From the NCBI RefSeq assembly GCF_017348835.2, contig NZ_CP071375.1: a DNA stretch of 64,000 nucleotides; one strand, written 5' to 3'. The position numbers and the translations under genes are program-made. The notes under the pieces were generated by a model, which worked only from the letters and a program-made list of their open reading frames with translations, was not told the DNA's origin and searched no databases. Shown in pieces: positions 1 through 14,151 of this stretch. Origin of the DNA: Escherichia coli (GTDB lineage: Bacteria > Pseudomonadota > Gammaproteobacteria > Enterobacterales > Enterobacteriaceae). Every line of letters begins with the position of its first letter. The stretch's first letter is position 1.

Positions 1-821
1 TCGCGATTTGCCACTTCCAGCAGCGCTTTAATCCCTGGACGGCACTTTCCGGCACGGATGCGACTCATCCCCTGCCAGGTCAGAATGCGATTATTAGCGT
101 CCAGCGGCACGACGTCCGCTACTGTCCCCAGCGCTACCAGATCCAGCAGTTCTGCCAGGTTAGGAATTGCGATGCCGCGCTCATCAAACCAGCCCTGATC
201 GCGCAAAAAGGTGCGCAGCGCCAGCATCAGATAAAACGCCACACCCACGCCTGCCAGTGATTTCGACGGGAAATTACAGTCGCGCAAGTTAGGGTTAATG
301 ATCGCTTCCGCTGCGGGTAATGTTTCGCCCGGCAAATGGTGATCGGTAACAATAACCGGAATGCCCAACGAGCGAGCGTGTTCAACGCCCGCATGGGAGG
401 AAATACCGTTATCCACCGTGACAATTAACTGCGCGCCACGGGCATGGGCCTGATCGACTACTTCCGGGCTTAAGCCGTAACCGTCTTCGAAACGGTTTGG
501 TACCAGATAGTCGATATTGCTGCAACCAAGCGAGCGCATCGCCAGCACGCTTAGAGCCGTGCTGGTGGCGCCGTCGGCGTCAAAATCGCCGACCACAATA
601 ATCCGCGTTCCTTCGCGAAAAGCGTTGTAAAGGATCTCAACGGCCTTTTCGACGCCGCTCAGTTGCTGCCAGGGCAACATACCTTTAACACTGCGTTCCA
701 GTTCTTGCGCACTGCGCACGCCCCGGCTGGCGTATAAACGGCGCAGCAAGGGAGGCAATTCAGCGGGCAAGTCTGCCGTTTCATCGACTGCACGGCGACG
801 AAGTTGTATCTGTTGTTTCAC
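1..821 (-). CDS. recJ: ssDNA-specific exonuclease RecJ, N-terminal part (gene continues past window start)
   Basis: Reverse translation from GTG at 819-821 gives VKQQIQLRRRAVDETADLPAELPPLLRRLYASRG... with DHH-family motifs (VTVDNGISS, VTDHHLPG); no stop before position 1; absent from ORF track because truncated. Confidence 0.85.
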   Translation of the reverse strand, partial: MKQQIQLRRRAVDETADLPAELPPLLRRLYASRGVRSAQELERSVKGMLPWQQLSGVEKAVEILYNAFREGTRIIVVGDFDADGATSTALSVLAMRSLGCSNIDYLVPNRFEDGYGLSPEVVDQAHARGAQLIVTVDNGISSHAGVEHARSLGIPVIVTDHHLPGETLPAAEAIINPNLRDCNFPSKSLAGVGVAFYLMLALRTFLRDQGWFDERGIAIPNLAELLDLVALGTVADVVPLDANNRILTWQGMSRIRAGKCRPGIKALLEVANR

Positions 822-826
822 GCGAA

Positions 827-1537
827 TTATTTACCGCTGGTCATTTTTTGGTGTTCGTCGAGGAATTCTTTCATCTCTTTCGGCGGCTGGTAACCCGGAA
901 CAAGTGTGCCATTGCTCAGCACAACTGCCGGAGTACCGCTAACGCCAAGCTGGACGCCAAGTGCGTAATGGTCGGCAATATCCACGTCGCAGCTGGCTGG
1001 TGCGACGCTTTTACCTGCCATCACATCATCAAACGCTTTGTTTTTATCTTTCGCACACCAGATAGCTTTCATTTCTTTCTCTGCATCGCTGTCCAGCCCC
1101 TGGCGCGGGAAAGCAAGATAACGCACGGTGATCCCCAGCGCGTTATAGTCTGCCATTTGCTCATGCAGTTTGTGGCAGTAACCACAGGTAATATCAGTAA
1201 ACACGGTGATGACGTGTTTTTCCTGCGGCGCTTTATAAACGATCATCTCTTTTTCAAGCGCATTCAACTGCTTTAACAGCATCTTATTGGTGACATTGAC
1301 CGGAGCCGTGCCGCTAACGTCATACATTGGCCCCTGAATGATATGTTTACCATCATCGGTGATGTACAACACGCCGCTGTTAGTCAGAACTGTCTTCATG
1401 CCAGCTACGGGCGCGGGCTGAATATCGCTGCTTTTGATGCCCATTTTGGCTAACGTTTGTTGAATTGCCGCGTCATCGGCCTGAGCAAAGCCTGAAAACG
1501 CCGCTAACAAAGTAAACAACATAAAACCTTTCTTCAT
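827..1537 (-). CDS. dsbC: thiol:disulfide interchange protein DsbC
   Basis: 236 aa ORF, signal peptide, CGYC active site, matches remembered DsbC. Confidence 0.95.
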   Translation of the reverse strand: MKKGFMLFTLLAAFSGFAQADDAAIQQTLAKMGIKSSDIQPAPVAGMKTVLTNSGVLYITDDGKHIIQGPMYDVSGTAPVNVTNKMLLKQLNALEKEMIVYKAPQEKHVITVFTDITCGYCHKLHEQMADYNALGITVRYLAFPRQGLDSDAEKEMKAIWCAKDKNKAFDDVMAGKSVAPASCDVDIADHYALGVQLGVSGTPAVVLSNGTLVPGYQPPKEMKEFLDEHQKMTSGK

Positions 1538-1561
1538 AAATCTTCCCGTTCTTTTCAGACA

Positions 1562-2458
1562 TCACGCCCGCGGGTGATGCTGTTGATGAAGTTGCCGCAG
1601 ACGCTCGGTAGCGACATGCGTATAAATTTGCGTGGTGGAGAGATCGCTGTGGCCCAGTAGCATCTGCACCACGCGCAAATCCGCACCATGATTTAATAAG
1701 TGAGTGGCAAAAGCGTGACGCAACACATGCGGTGACAGCTTTTCGCTGTCGATACCCGCCAGCACGGCATAATGTTTAATGCGGTGCCAGAAGGTCTGTC
1801 GCGTCATCTGCTGCGCACGCTGGCTGGGAAACAACACGTCAATTGACACACCATTCAACAGCCACGGACGCCCATGTTCCAGATAGGTTTCCAGCCAGTA
1901 AACCGCCTCTTCACCTAACGGCACCAGGCGCTCTTTGTTGCCTTTACCAATGACCCGCACTACGCCCTGACGCAGGCTGATATCACTCATTGTCAGCCCG
2001 ACCAGTTCAGAGACACGCAGCCCGGTAGCATACAACACTTCAAGCATGGCTTTATCGCGTAGCTCCAGTGGCTGATCAATTAATGGTGCCTGTAATAAAC
2101 GTTCGACCTGCGCTTCGCTTAAATCTTTTGGCAAACGCTGGGGCAATTTCGGTGAAGCGAGATGCGCACTGGGATCATCTTCACGAAACTTTTCGCGATA
2201 AAGATACTGGAACAATCGGCGCACTGCACTCAGCAAACGCGCTGAGCTGGTGGCTTTATACCCGCCCTCCAGCCGTTCTGCCAGTAATGCCTGTAAATCG
2301 TCACTTTGCGCCGTCGCCAGCGTCAACCCGCGGTGATGCAACCACTCCACCATCATTGACAGATCGCGACGGTAAGCGTTCAACGTATTTTCAGCCAGAT
2401 TTTTTTCCAGCCACAGAGCATCAAGAAACTGCTCGATGCGTGCCAGATCCTGTTTCAC
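1562..2458 (-). CDS. xerD: site-specific tyrosine recombinase XerD
   Basis: 298 aa ORF, C-terminal RHAFATHLL...HSDLSTTQIYTH recombinase motifs. Confidence 0.95.
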   Translation of the reverse strand: MKQDLARIEQFLDALWLEKNLAENTLNAYRRDLSMMVEWLHHRGLTLATAQSDDLQALLAERLEGGYKATSSARLLSAVRRLFQYLYREKFREDDPSAHLASPKLPQRLPKDLSEAQVERLLQAPLIDQPLELRDKAMLEVLYATGLRVSELVGLTMSDISLRQGVVRVIGKGNKERLVPLGEEAVYWLETYLEHGRPWLLNGVSIDVLFPSQRAQQMTRQTFWHRIKHYAVLAGIDSEKLSPHVLRHAFATHLLNHGADLRVVQMLLGHSDLSTTQIYTHVATERLRQLHQQHHPRA

Positions 2459-2569
2459 TTGCGCCCCTTATGGTCACTCATTTGATCCATTATGCCTTAT
2501 TGTGCCGTGACTAAAGCGATTCTGATACACTAGCCGCAAAAGCCACAGCAGAATCGAGAAGCTTACGTT

Positions 2570-3091
2570 ATGAATATGGGTCTTTTTTACGGTTCCAGCA
2601 CCTGTTACACCGAAATGGCGGCAGAAAAAATCCGCGATATTATCGGCCCAGAACTGGTGACCTTACATAACCTCAAGGACGACTCCCCGAAATTAATGGA
2701 GCAGTACGATGTGCTCATTCTGGGTATCCCGACTTGGGATTTTGGCGAAATCCAGGAAGACTGGGAAGCCGTCTGGGATCAGCTCGACGACCTGAACCTC
2801 GAAGGTAAAATTGTTGCGCTGTATGGGCTTGGCGATCAACTGGGATACGGCGAGTGGTTCCTCGATGCGCTCGGTATGCTGCATGACAAACTCTCGACCA
2901 AAGGCGTAAAGTTCGTCGGCTACTGGCCAACGGAAGGATATGAATTTACCAGCCCGAAACCGGTGATTGCTGACGGGCAACTGTTCGTGGGTCTGGCGCT
3001 GGATGAAACTAACCAGTATGACCTTAGCGACGAGCGTATTCAGAGCTGGTGCGAGCAAATCCTCAACGAAATGGCAGAGCATTACGCCTGA
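2570..3091 (+). CDS. fldB: flavodoxin 2
   Basis: 173 aa ORF, flavodoxin fold ([12 protein letters not shown]). Confidence 0.95.
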
Positions 3092-3130
3092 TGTCACTGA
3101 CGGCTTAGCGCATCTGCTTTGCCGTCATCT

Positions 3131-3797
<667 letters not shown>

Positions 3798-4027
3798 TCA
3801 CGAAAATCCAGTACCAGGCTATTGTAACGTGTTTTTCGACTTCTTTTACGGGAATATCAGTAAACACAATCGCGATCGCGAAATTAATTCACAACAATTC
3901 AAGGGCTTCATTTTTTTGGAAGTCGCCTCGCAGAAGGCACAGATCGCGTAGTGAAAGCACTTGCATTGCCTCATAGCTCTTTTACCATTAGTTATTAATA
4001 CGCCGTTAAGCAACTCAGGACTCTATT

Positions 4028-5008
4028 ATGGCTTTTACACCTTTTCCTCCCCGTCAGCCTACGGCTTCTGCCCGTTTACCGCTGACGCTGATGACGCTTG
4101 ATGACTGGGCGCTTGCCACCATTACTGGCGCGGACAGCGAAAAATATATGCAGGGCCAGGTGACAGCAGATGTCAGCCAGATGACAGAAAATCAGCACCT
4201 GCTCGCCGCCCATTGCGACGCCAAAGGTAAAATGTGGAGCAATTTACGTCTGTTCCGCGACGGCGATGGCTTTGCGTGGATTGAACGGCGCAGCGTGCGT
4301 GAATCGCAGCTGATTGAACTGAAAAAATATGCGGTGTTCTCTAAAGTGACCATCGCGCCAGACGACGAGCGTGTGCTGCTTGGTGTTGCCGGTTTTCAGG
4401 CGCGCGCCGCGCTGGCCAATCTCTTTAGTGAACTGCCTTCGAAAGAAAAACAGGTAGTTAAAGAAGGCGCGACCACTTTGCTATGGTTTGAACACCCGGC
4501 AGAACGTTTCCTGATCGTAACCGATGAAGCTACTGCCAATATGCTGACCGATAAACTGCGCGGTGAAGCGGAACTGAACAATAGCCAACAGTGGCTGGCA
4601 TTAAACATTGAAGCGGGTTTCCCGGTGATTGATGCCGCCAACAGCGGGCAGTTTATCCCACAGGCGACCAATCTCCAGGCGCTGGGCGGTATCAGCTTTA
4701 AGAAAGGATGTTATACCGGACAAGAGATGGTGGCGCGAGCAAAATTCCGTGGTGCCAATAAACGTGCGCTCTGGTTGCTGGCAGGTAGCGCCAGCCGACT
4801 GCCGGAAGCTGGTGAAGACTTAGAGCTGAAAATGGGCGAGAACTGGCGTCGTACCGGTACGGTGCTGGCTGCGGTAAAACTGGAAGATGGTCAGGTCGTG
4901 GTACAGGTCGTCATGAATAACGATATGGAACCGGACAGCATCTTCCGCGTACGCGACGATGCGAATACACTGCATATCGAGCCGCTGCCGTATTCGCTCG
5001 AAGAGTAA
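4028..5008 (+). CDS. ygfZ: tRNA-modifying / Fe-S repair folate-binding protein YgfZ
   Basis: 326 aa ORF, GcvT-like fold sequence. Confidence 0.9.
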   Translation: MAFTPFPPRQPTASARLPLTLMTLDDWALATITGADSEKYMQGQVTADVSQMTENQHLLAAHCDAKGKMWSNLRLFRDGDGFAWIERRSVRESQLIELKKYAVFSKVTIAPDDERVLLGVAGFQARAALANLFSELPSKEKQVVKEGATTLLWFEHPAERFLIVTDEATANMLTDKLRGEAELNNSQQWLALNIEAGFPVIDAANSGQFIPQATNLQALGGISFKKGCYTGQEMVARAKFRGANKRALWLLAGSASRLPEAGEDLELKMGENWRRTGTVLAAVKLEDGQVVVQVVMNNDMEPDSIFRVRDDANTLHIEPLPYSLEE

Positions 5009-5017
5009 ATCTCTGTA

Positions 5018-5200
5018 TCGCATCAGGCATTTATCGCCTGATGCGACGCTGGCGCGTCTTATCATGTCTGGGATTTGATGCCTTTATCACAACAGGGACG
5101 AGGCCCGTAGATCGGATAAGGCGTTCACGCCGCATCCGGCGGTTGCGCTCCGATGCCTGATGCGACGCTGGCGCGTCTTATCAGGCCTACAAAGGCATAC
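5018..5200. repeat. REP/BIME cluster (several palindromic units, gcctgatgcgacgctggcgcgtcttatcaggcctac type)
   Basis: Imperfect palindromes with REP consensus repeated in alternating orientation between convergent ygfZ and yqfA. Confidence 0.75.
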
Positions 5201-5202
5201 CA

Positions 5203-5865
<663 letters not shown>

Positions 5866-6025
5866 TTACTCCGGAGAAACGTACACGCACATGTATACCT
5901 CTCCAGCGTAACTGAGAATAGTTCCAGTGAACACCTGTTAGCTAAAATAAATTCTGATTTGAGACTAATCTCCTAAAAATCATGAAATTAAATGCGAAAT
6001 TTCAACTAACAGGCGTGAGTTCAAT

Positions 6026-6337
6026 TTAAAGACATTTAAATTCAATCACATAAAACTGTGTCTGACCGGGATAGATGTCGGCAATGACCTTTTTCAGTTC
6101 AGTCAGGGTCATATTTTCCTGCTCTGCATGTTTTTCCGTCAGCGTATCCAGCGTTACGGTTGAGGTTGCGGTGACTTCAATCGTGCAAAAATAACCGTCA
6201 TCTTCAAAACGCCCGACACGAAGCACATCACCCGTTTTGAAGTGCGATTCAGACTCGTCGCGGATGGTGATGGTTTTACGCCCAGCCAGAATGTCATCCT
6301 GGAAACGTTGAAAAAAAGTGATGTCGTTTGGCTGCAT
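6026..6337 (-). CDS. yqfB: ASCH-domain protein YqfB
   Basis: 103 aa ORF. Confidence 0.9.
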   Translation of the reverse strand: MQPNDITFFQRFQDDILAGRKTITIRDESESHFKTGDVLRVGRFEDDGYFCTIEVTATSTVTLDTLTEKHAEQENMTLTELKKVIADIYPGQTQFYVIEFKCL

Positions 6338-6354
6338 GGTACTATTTCCTGTAA

Positions 6355-7815
<1,461 letters not shown>

Positions 7816-7936
7816 TTACCCGATGTGCCTGATGCGATACGCTCATCAGGCCTGGCACTCTTTTAATATATTGAGCTCGCAAGATTTTATATTACGCCTC
7901 AGCCGAAACACACAAAGCGCACTTTATTAACAAGCT

Positions 7937-7958
7937 AAAAAGGCGCCGAAGCGCCTTT
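7937..7958. terminator. GC hairpin aaaaaggcgccgaagcgccttt, likely bidirectional terminator (bglA / gcvP)
   Basis: Perfect stem ggcgc-cgaa-gcgcc flanked by A-run and T-run. Confidence 0.6.
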
Positions 7959-7980
7959 AGAAGATAGTCGAATCAGTGAA

Positions 7981-10854
7981 TTACTGGTATTCGCTAATCG
8001 GTACGCAGGAGCAGAACAGGTTACGGTCGCCGTAAACATCATCCAGACGTTTCACCGTCGGCCAGTATTTGTCTGCCACGCCTGCCGGGAATACCGCAAC
8101 TTCACGGCTGTACGGATGCGCCCACTCGGCGACCAGTTCGCTCTGAATGTGCGGCGCGTTCACCAGCGGGTTATCTTCCAGCGGCCAGACACCGGCTTTC
8201 ACCTGGTCAATTTCTGCGCGGATAGCCAGCATCGCGTCGATAAAGCGATCCAGTTCCACTTTGCTTTCAGATTCAGTCGGTTCAACCATCAGCGTACCCG
8301 CCACCGGGAACGACATCGTCGGCGCGTGGAAACCGTAGTCGATCAGGCGCTTGGCAATATCCAGCTCGCTGATGCCGGTTTCTTCTTTCAGCGGGCGAAT
8401 ATCGAGAATACATTCGTGCGCCACGCGACCGTCGCGACCGGTATACAGCACCGGGAAGGCATCCTGCAGGCGGCTTGCAATATAGTTGGCGTTGAGGATT
8501 GCCACCTGGCTTGCTTTTTTCAGCCCTTCTGCGCCCATCATGCGGATGTACATCCAGCTGATTGGCAGGATAGAGGCGCTACCGAACGGTGCCGCAGAAA
8601 CCGCGCCCTGACGGGTTAACATGCCTTCGATTTGCACCACGCTATGACCCGGTACAAACGGAGCCAGATGCGCTTTCACACCGATCGGTCCCATACCCGG
8701 CCCACCACCGCCGTGCGGAATGCAGAAAGTTTTATGTAGGTTAAGGTGTGAAACGTCCGCACCAATAAAGCCCGGCGAGGTGATGCCAACCTGGGCGTTC
8801 ATGTTCGCGCCATCAAGGTAAACCTGACCGCCGAACTGATGCACGACTTCACACACTTCACGGATCGTTTCTTCATACACGCCGTGGGTGGAAGGATAGG
8901 TCACCATGATACAGGAGAGGTTATCGCCCGCCTGTTCCGCTTTCGCGCGCAGATCAGCCAGATCGATGTTGCCGTTTTTATCACATGCCACAACCACCAC
9001 CTGCATTCCTGCCATATGTGCAGAAGCAGGGTTAGTGCCGTGCGCAGAAGCCGGGATCAGGCAGATATCGCGATGCCCTTCGTTGCGGCTTTCATGATAA
9101 TGACGAATCGCCAGCAGGCCCGCATATTCGCCCTGTGCGCCAGAGTTCGGCTGCATACAAACGGCGTCGTAACCGGTCAGTTTCACCAGCCAGTCAGCCA
9201 GCTGCGCAATCATCTGCTGATAACCTTCGGCCTGCTCCGGCGGGCAGAACGGGTGCAGTTCGGCAAATTCCGGCCAGGTGATCGGGATCATCTCGGCGGC
9301 GGCGTTCAGTTTCATGGTGCAGGAACCCAGCGGGATCATCGCCTGATTCAGCGCCAGATCTTTACGCTCCAGCGAGTGCATATAGCGCATCATTTCGGTT
9401 TCGCTGTGGTAGCGATTAAACACCGGATGGGTGAGGATTTCGTCGTCGCGCAGCATCGCAGGCTGGATAGAGCGGCTGTCGTGAGCCACGTCTTTGTCCA
9501 GCGTGTCGATGTCCAGCCCGTGGTTATCCCCCAGTAGTACGCTGAAAAGCTGCATCACGTTTTCGCGCGTGGTGGTTTCATCAAGGGTGATCCCAACCGC
9601 GTTCAGGATATCGCTACGCAGGTTGATTTCAGCCGCTTCGGCACGCGCCAGTACGCCCGCCTTGTCGGCCACTTCCACACACAGAGTGTCGAAATAGTGC
9701 GCATGGCGCAGTTTCAGACCTTTTTGTTGCAGGCCCGCCGCCAGAATATCGGTCAGACGGTGAATGCGGTTAGCGATACGTTTCAGGCCAACCGGGCCGT
9801 GATAAACGGCATACAGGCTGGCGATGTTTGCCAGCAGTACCTGGGAAGTACAAATGTTGGAGTTCGCTTTCTCACGGCGAATATGTTGCTCGCGAGTCTG
9901 CATCGCCATGCGCAGCGCGGTATTGCCAGCTGCATCTTTCGATACACCGATAATACGGCCTGGCATTGAGCGTTTGTATTCGTCTTTCGCCGCAAAGAAT
10001 GCCGCGTGTGGGCCACCGTAACCCATCGGTACGCCAAAGCGTTGCGCCGAACCAAAAACAATATCCGCGCCCTGTTTACCCGGCGCAGTTAACAGCACCA
10101 GCGCCATAATATCAGCGGCAACGCTGACCACAATTTTGCGTGATTTCAGTTCGCTGATAAGCGCAGTGTAGTCGTGAATTTCACCGGTAGTGCCGACCTG
10201 CTGTAACAGCACACCGAACACGTCCTGATGGTCGAGCACTTTTTGCGCGTCATCGACAATCACTTCAAAACCAAAGGTTTCTGCACGGGTGCGGACCACA
10301 TCCAGCGTTTGTGGATGCACGTCGGAAGCCACGAAGAAGCGGTTGGCATTTTTCAGTTTGCTGACGCGTTTCGCCATCGCCATTGCTTCGGCAGCAGCAG
10401 TGGCTTCGTCAAGAAGAGAAGCAGAGGCCATATCCAGCCCGGTTAAATCCAGCGTTACCTGCTGGAAGTTGAGCAGTGCTTCAAGGCGCCCCTGGGAGAC
10501 TTCAGGTTGATACGGAGTATACGCGGTATACCAACCTGGATTTTCCAGCATGTTACGCAGGATAACCGGCGGTAGCTGCACGGCGGTGTAACCCATGCCG
10601 ATGTAAGACGTGAAGCGTTTATTGCGACTGGCAATAGCCTTGAGTTCCGCCAGTGCGGCGTATTCGGTCGCCGGTGCGCCAACTTGCGGCGGGGTCGCAA
10701 GCTGAATATCTTTCGGCACAATCTGGCCGGTCAGCGCGTTTAACGATTGTGCACCAACGGCATTCAGCATTTCTTGCTGTTGCGCGGCGTCCGGTCCGAT
10801 ATGGCGTTCAATAAAAGCGCCGCTGTTTTCAAGCTGGCTTAACGTCTGTGTCAT
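7981..10854 (-). CDS. gcvP: glycine dehydrogenase (decarboxylating), P protein
   Basis: 957 aa from ATG 10854 ([20 protein letters not shown]...); ORF track 985 aa includes an upstream extension. Confidence 0.95.
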   Translation of the reverse strand: MTQTLSQLENSGAFIERHIGPDAAQQQEMLNAVGAQSLNALTGQIVPKDIQLATPPQVGAPATEYAALAELKAIASRNKRFTSYIGMGYTAVQLPPVILRNMLENPGWYTAYTPYQPEVSQGRLEALLNFQQVTLDLTGLDMASASLLDEATAAAEAMAMAKRVSKLKNANRFFVASDVHPQTLDVVRTRAETFGFEVIVDDAQKVLDHQDVFGVLLQQVGTTGEIHDYTALISELKSRKIVVSVAADIMALVLLTAPGKQGADIVFGSAQRFGVPMGYGGPHAAFFAAKDEYKRSMPGRIIGVSKDAAGNTALRMAMQTREQHIRREKANSNICTSQVLLANIASLYAVYHGPVGLKRIANRIHRLTDILAAGLQQKGLKLRHAHYFDTLCVEVADKAGVLARAEAAEINLRSDILNAVGITLDETTTRENVMQLFSVLLGDNHGLDIDTLDKDVAHDSRSIQPAMLRDDEILTHPVFNRYHSETEMMRYMHSLERKDLALNQAMIPLGSCTMKLNAAAEMIPITWPEFAELHPFCPPEQAEGYQQMIAQLADWLVKLTGYDAVCMQPNSGAQGEYAGLLAIRHYHESRNEGHRDICLIPASAHGTNPASAHMAGMQVVVVACDKNGNIDLADLRAKAEQAGDNLSCIMVTYPSTHGVYEETIREVCEVVHQFGGQVYLDGANMNAQVGITSPGFIGADVSHLNLHKTFCIPHGGGGPGMGPIGVKAHLAPFVPGHSVVQIEGMLTRQGAVSAAPFGSASILPISWMYIRMMGAEGLKKASQVAILNANYIASRLQDAFPVLYTGRDGRVAHECILDIRPLKEETGISELDIAKRLIDYGFHAPTMSFPVAGTLMVEPTESESKVELDRFIDAMLAIRAEIDQVKAGVWPLEDNPLVNAPHIQSELVAEWAHPYSREVAVFPAGVADKYWPTVKRLDDVYGDRNLFCSCVPISEYQ

Positions 10855-10972
10855 GAGCGATGGTTCCTGAAACGTGCAGTGAATTGTGAACCTCTCTCCT
10901 TGCGAAGAGAGTGAGGGTGAGGCGTGAATATTCCTCACCCCGATCCTCTCCCGCAGAAGAGGAATAAAGCCG

Positions 10973-11362
10973 TTACTCGTCTTCTAACAATGCTTCGTAT
11001 GCGGTTGCATCCAGCAGTGATTCCAGTTCGCTTTCATCGCTGGCTTTGATTTTAAAGATCCAGCCGCCTGCATACGGTTCGCTGTTTACCAGTTCCGGGG
11101 AATCGCTCAGTGCGTCGTTTACCGCCACGATTTCACCGCTTACTGGCGCATAAATGTCTGACGCCGCTTTTACTGATTCAGCAACCGCGCAGTCATCGCC
11201 CGCGCTAACCGTTGCGCCCACTTCCGGCAGGTCAACAAACACCATATCGCCTAACAACTCCTGAGCGTGTTCGGTGATGCCAACGGTATAAGTGCCGTCG
11301 GCTTCTTTACGCAGCCATTCGTGTTCTTTGCTGTATTTCAGTTCTGCTGGTACGTTGCTCAT
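10973..11362 (-). CDS. gcvH: glycine cleavage system H protein
   Basis: 129 aa from ATG 11362 ([16 protein letters not shown]...). Confidence 0.95.
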
Positions 11363-11385
11363 CAATCAATCTCCAAAAAAGTAAA

Positions 11386-12480
11386 TCACGCGACGGCTTT
11401 GCCGTTACGCACAAAAACAGGTTTCGTCACTTTAACCGGCATTTCACGGTTGCGAATTTGCACAATCGCTGTTTCACCAATACCTTCCGGCACGCGCGCC
11501 AGCGCAATGCTGTAACCCAGCGTCGGGGAGAAAGTCCCGCTGGTGATAATGCCTTCATGCTGGTTGCCCTGCGCATCGGTAAAACGTACCGGCAGTTCAT
11601 TACGCAGCACGCCTTTTTCGGTCATCACCAGACCAACCAGTTTTTCTGTGCCATGTTCACGCTGCGCTTCCAGAGCTTCACGACCGATAAAGTCACGATC
11701 TGCCGGTTCCCAGGCGATGGTCCAGCCCATGTTGGCGGCTAAAGGAGAGATGGTTTCGTCCATCTCCTGACTATACAAATTCATACCCGCTTCCAGACGC
11801 AGCGTGTCACGCGCGCCCAGGCCGCATGGCTTAACGCCCGCTTCCACCAGCGCGCGCCAGAAATCCGCCGCTTTTTCATTGGGCAGCGCAATTTCATAGC
11901 CCGCTTCACCGGTATAACCAGTGGTGGCAATAAACAGATCGCCCGCCTGCACGCCAAAGAACGGTTTCATCCCTTCCACCGCCTGACGCTGGGCGTCATT
12001 AAACAGTGTGGCAGCTTTTGCCTGCGCATTCGGCCCTTGCACGGCAATCATGGAAAGGTCATCACGAACGGTAATTTCGATGCCGAAAGGTTCAGCGTGT
12101 TGGGTAATCCAGGAGAGGTCTTTTTCGCGGGTGGCGGAGTTAACAACGAGGCGGAAGAAATCTTCAGTAAAGTAGTAGACGATGAGGTCATCTATCACAC
12201 CGCCAGAGGCATTCAACATCCCCGAGTAAAGGGCTTTGCCGCTTTTGGTGAGCTTCGCCACATCGTTCGCCAGCAGATAACGCAGAAACTCCCGGGTGCG
12301 GCTGCCGCGAAGATCGACGATGGTCATATGTGACACATCAAACATTCCGGCATCGGTACGTACCGCATGATGTTCGTCGATTTGCGAACCGTAATGCAGC
12401 GGCATCATCCAGCCGTGGAAATCCACCATGCGAGCGCCGCAAAGCGTGTGTTGTTCGTACAAAGGAGTCTGTTGTGCCAT
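11386..12480 (-). CDS. gcvT: aminomethyltransferase, T protein
   Basis: 364 aa ORF. Confidence 0.95.
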
Positions 12481-12926
12481 CTTGTCCTCATTGAATAAGC
12501 GGGGCTGACAACTTTTTCATGGTGAAATTATCACCACAAAACCCAGCATCGGAGCCACTCTCGGTCCCCAACGCAATCGTTCTCTTTTGCCTGAACTTAC
12601 CACCGAAACAGACTGTTAACCATAAGGTAAAATTGATCATCACATTAGCTTATGGTTAAAAATGCAAAAATCGCGACAGAATAAAAAACCAAAAAATACA
12701 CCAGTTTCTATACAAAGATGATGTGATGAGAAAGTCAATTTGAATAAGACAATATTAAGAGCTAAAAAAATGTCAAAAAACACTAAATCAAAAAATCATG
12801 ACATTAGAAAATATAATGCGAAAACGGAGGTGAAATTAGTTTATTTCAAATGAGGAAAATCTCCCGGCGAAAAAACCGGGAGATGAAAGTGTGATGGGTA
12901 TCAAATAAACAGCAGAAGAGAAATTT
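12481..12926 (-). promoter_or_regulatory. gcvTHP control region (long AT-rich upstream region; known target of GcvA, Lrp, PurR, CRP)
   Basis: About 445 bp non-coding, AT-rich; regulator assignment from established knowledge, individual sites not mapped. Confidence 0.5.
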
Positions 12927-14129
12927 TTAACGCAGCCATTCAGGCAAATCGTTTAATCCCATTGCCTGGCGGATAAGTTGTGGTTTAACGCCAGGAAGCG
13001 TGTCGGCCAGTTTCAAACCAATATCACGCAGCAGTTTTTTCGCCGGATTGGTACCGGAAAACAGATCGCGGAATCCCTGCATACCAGCCAGCATCAGCGC
13101 CGCACTGTGCTTGCGGCTACGCTCATAGCGACGCAGATAAATGTACTGCCCGATGTCTTTCCCCTGACGATGCAACCGTTTCAGTTCAGCAATCAGCTCT
13201 GCTGCATCCATAAAGCCGAGATTTACCCCCTGCCCCGCCAGTGGGTGAATGGTATGCGCGGCGTCGCCCACCAGCGCCAGACGATGCGCGGCAAACTGGC
13301 GCGCATAACGCCCCGTCAGTGGGAACACCTGACGCGCGCTCTCAACCTTGCATAAGCCAAGGCGATTATCAAAAGCGATATTTAACGCGCGATTAAATTC
13401 GTCTTCACTTGCCTGCTGCATCCGCTGCGCTTCCTCTGGCGACAGTGACCAGACAATCGAGCAAAGATGCGGATCGCTAAGCGGTAAAAAGGCCAGAATG
13501 CCTTCGCCATGGAAAACCTGCCGCGCCACCGCATCATGCGGTTCTTCCGTGCGTATGGTCGCTACCAGCGCGTGATGCTGATAATCCCAGAAAGTCAGCG
13601 GAATATCGGCTTTGTTGCGCAACCAGGAATTAGCGCCGTCCGCGCCAATCACCAGACGCGCCGTTAACATACTGCCATCTTTCAGCGTCAGGAAGGTTTC
13701 GTTTTCTCCCCAGGCGACCTGCTGTAATTCTGCGGGGGCCAACAGAGTGATATCTGACGACTGCTGCGCTTTGTTCCACAGCGCGTAGTGAATCACTGAG
13801 TTTTCAACGATATGCCCAAGATGGCTATAGCCCATGCTTTGATCGTCAAACGAAATGTGACCAAAACTGTCTTTGTCCCACACTTCCATACCGTGATAGC
13901 AACTGGCCCTACGAGAGAGAATGTCTTGCCAGACGCCAAGACGGGTGAGTAATTTTTCGCTGGCGGCATTGATAGCCGAAACGCGCAGTTGTGGTGGTGC
14001 ATCCGCCGCCAGAGGTTCCGGTACGCGCTGCTCCAGTACGGCAACGCGTAAGCCGCTCCCCTGTAAGCCGCAGGCAACCGCCAGCCCCACCATGCCGCCG
14101 CCAACAATGGCTACATCAACACTTTGCAT
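12927..14129 (-). CDS. ubiI: 2-octaprenylphenol hydroxylase UbiI (VisC)
   Basis: 400 aa ORF, N-terminal FAD motif VAIVGGGMVGLA. Confidence 0.9.
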   Translation of the reverse strand: MQSVDVAIVGGGMVGLAVACGLQGSGLRVAVLEQRVPEPLAADAPPQLRVSAINAASEKLLTRLGVWQDILSRRASCYHGMEVWDKDSFGHISFDDQSMGYSHLGHIVENSVIHYALWNKAQQSSDITLLAPAELQQVAWGENETFLTLKDGSMLTARLVIGADGANSWLRNKADIPLTFWDYQHHALVATIRTEEPHDAVARQVFHGEGILAFLPLSDPHLCSIVWSLSPEEAQRMQQASEDEFNRALNIAFDNRLGLCKVESARQVFPLTGRYARQFAAHRLALVGDAAHTIHPLAGQGVNLGFMDAAELIAELKRLHRQGKDIGQYIYLRRYERSRKHSAALMLAGMQGFRDLFSGTNPAKKLLRDIGLKLADTLPGVKPQLIRQAMGLNDLPEWLR

Positions 14130-14151
14130 TGTTTATTCCTTAAAACCGCCT

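Noticed and set aside
5018-5200. Possible CRISPR array
   Set aside because: The repeats are palindromic REP units in alternating orientation with irregular spacing, not direct repeats with unique spacers; no cas genes in the window.
8116-9537. Several 60-230 aa plus-strand ORFs
   Set aside because: All are antisense to gcvP; the same pattern recurs opposite serA, pepP, pgk, metK and others, and these are treated as non-coding.
12481-12926. Glycine riboswitch upstream of gcvT
   Set aside because: No tandem aptamer-like structure seen; E. coli gcvT is controlled by protein regulators, not a riboswitch.
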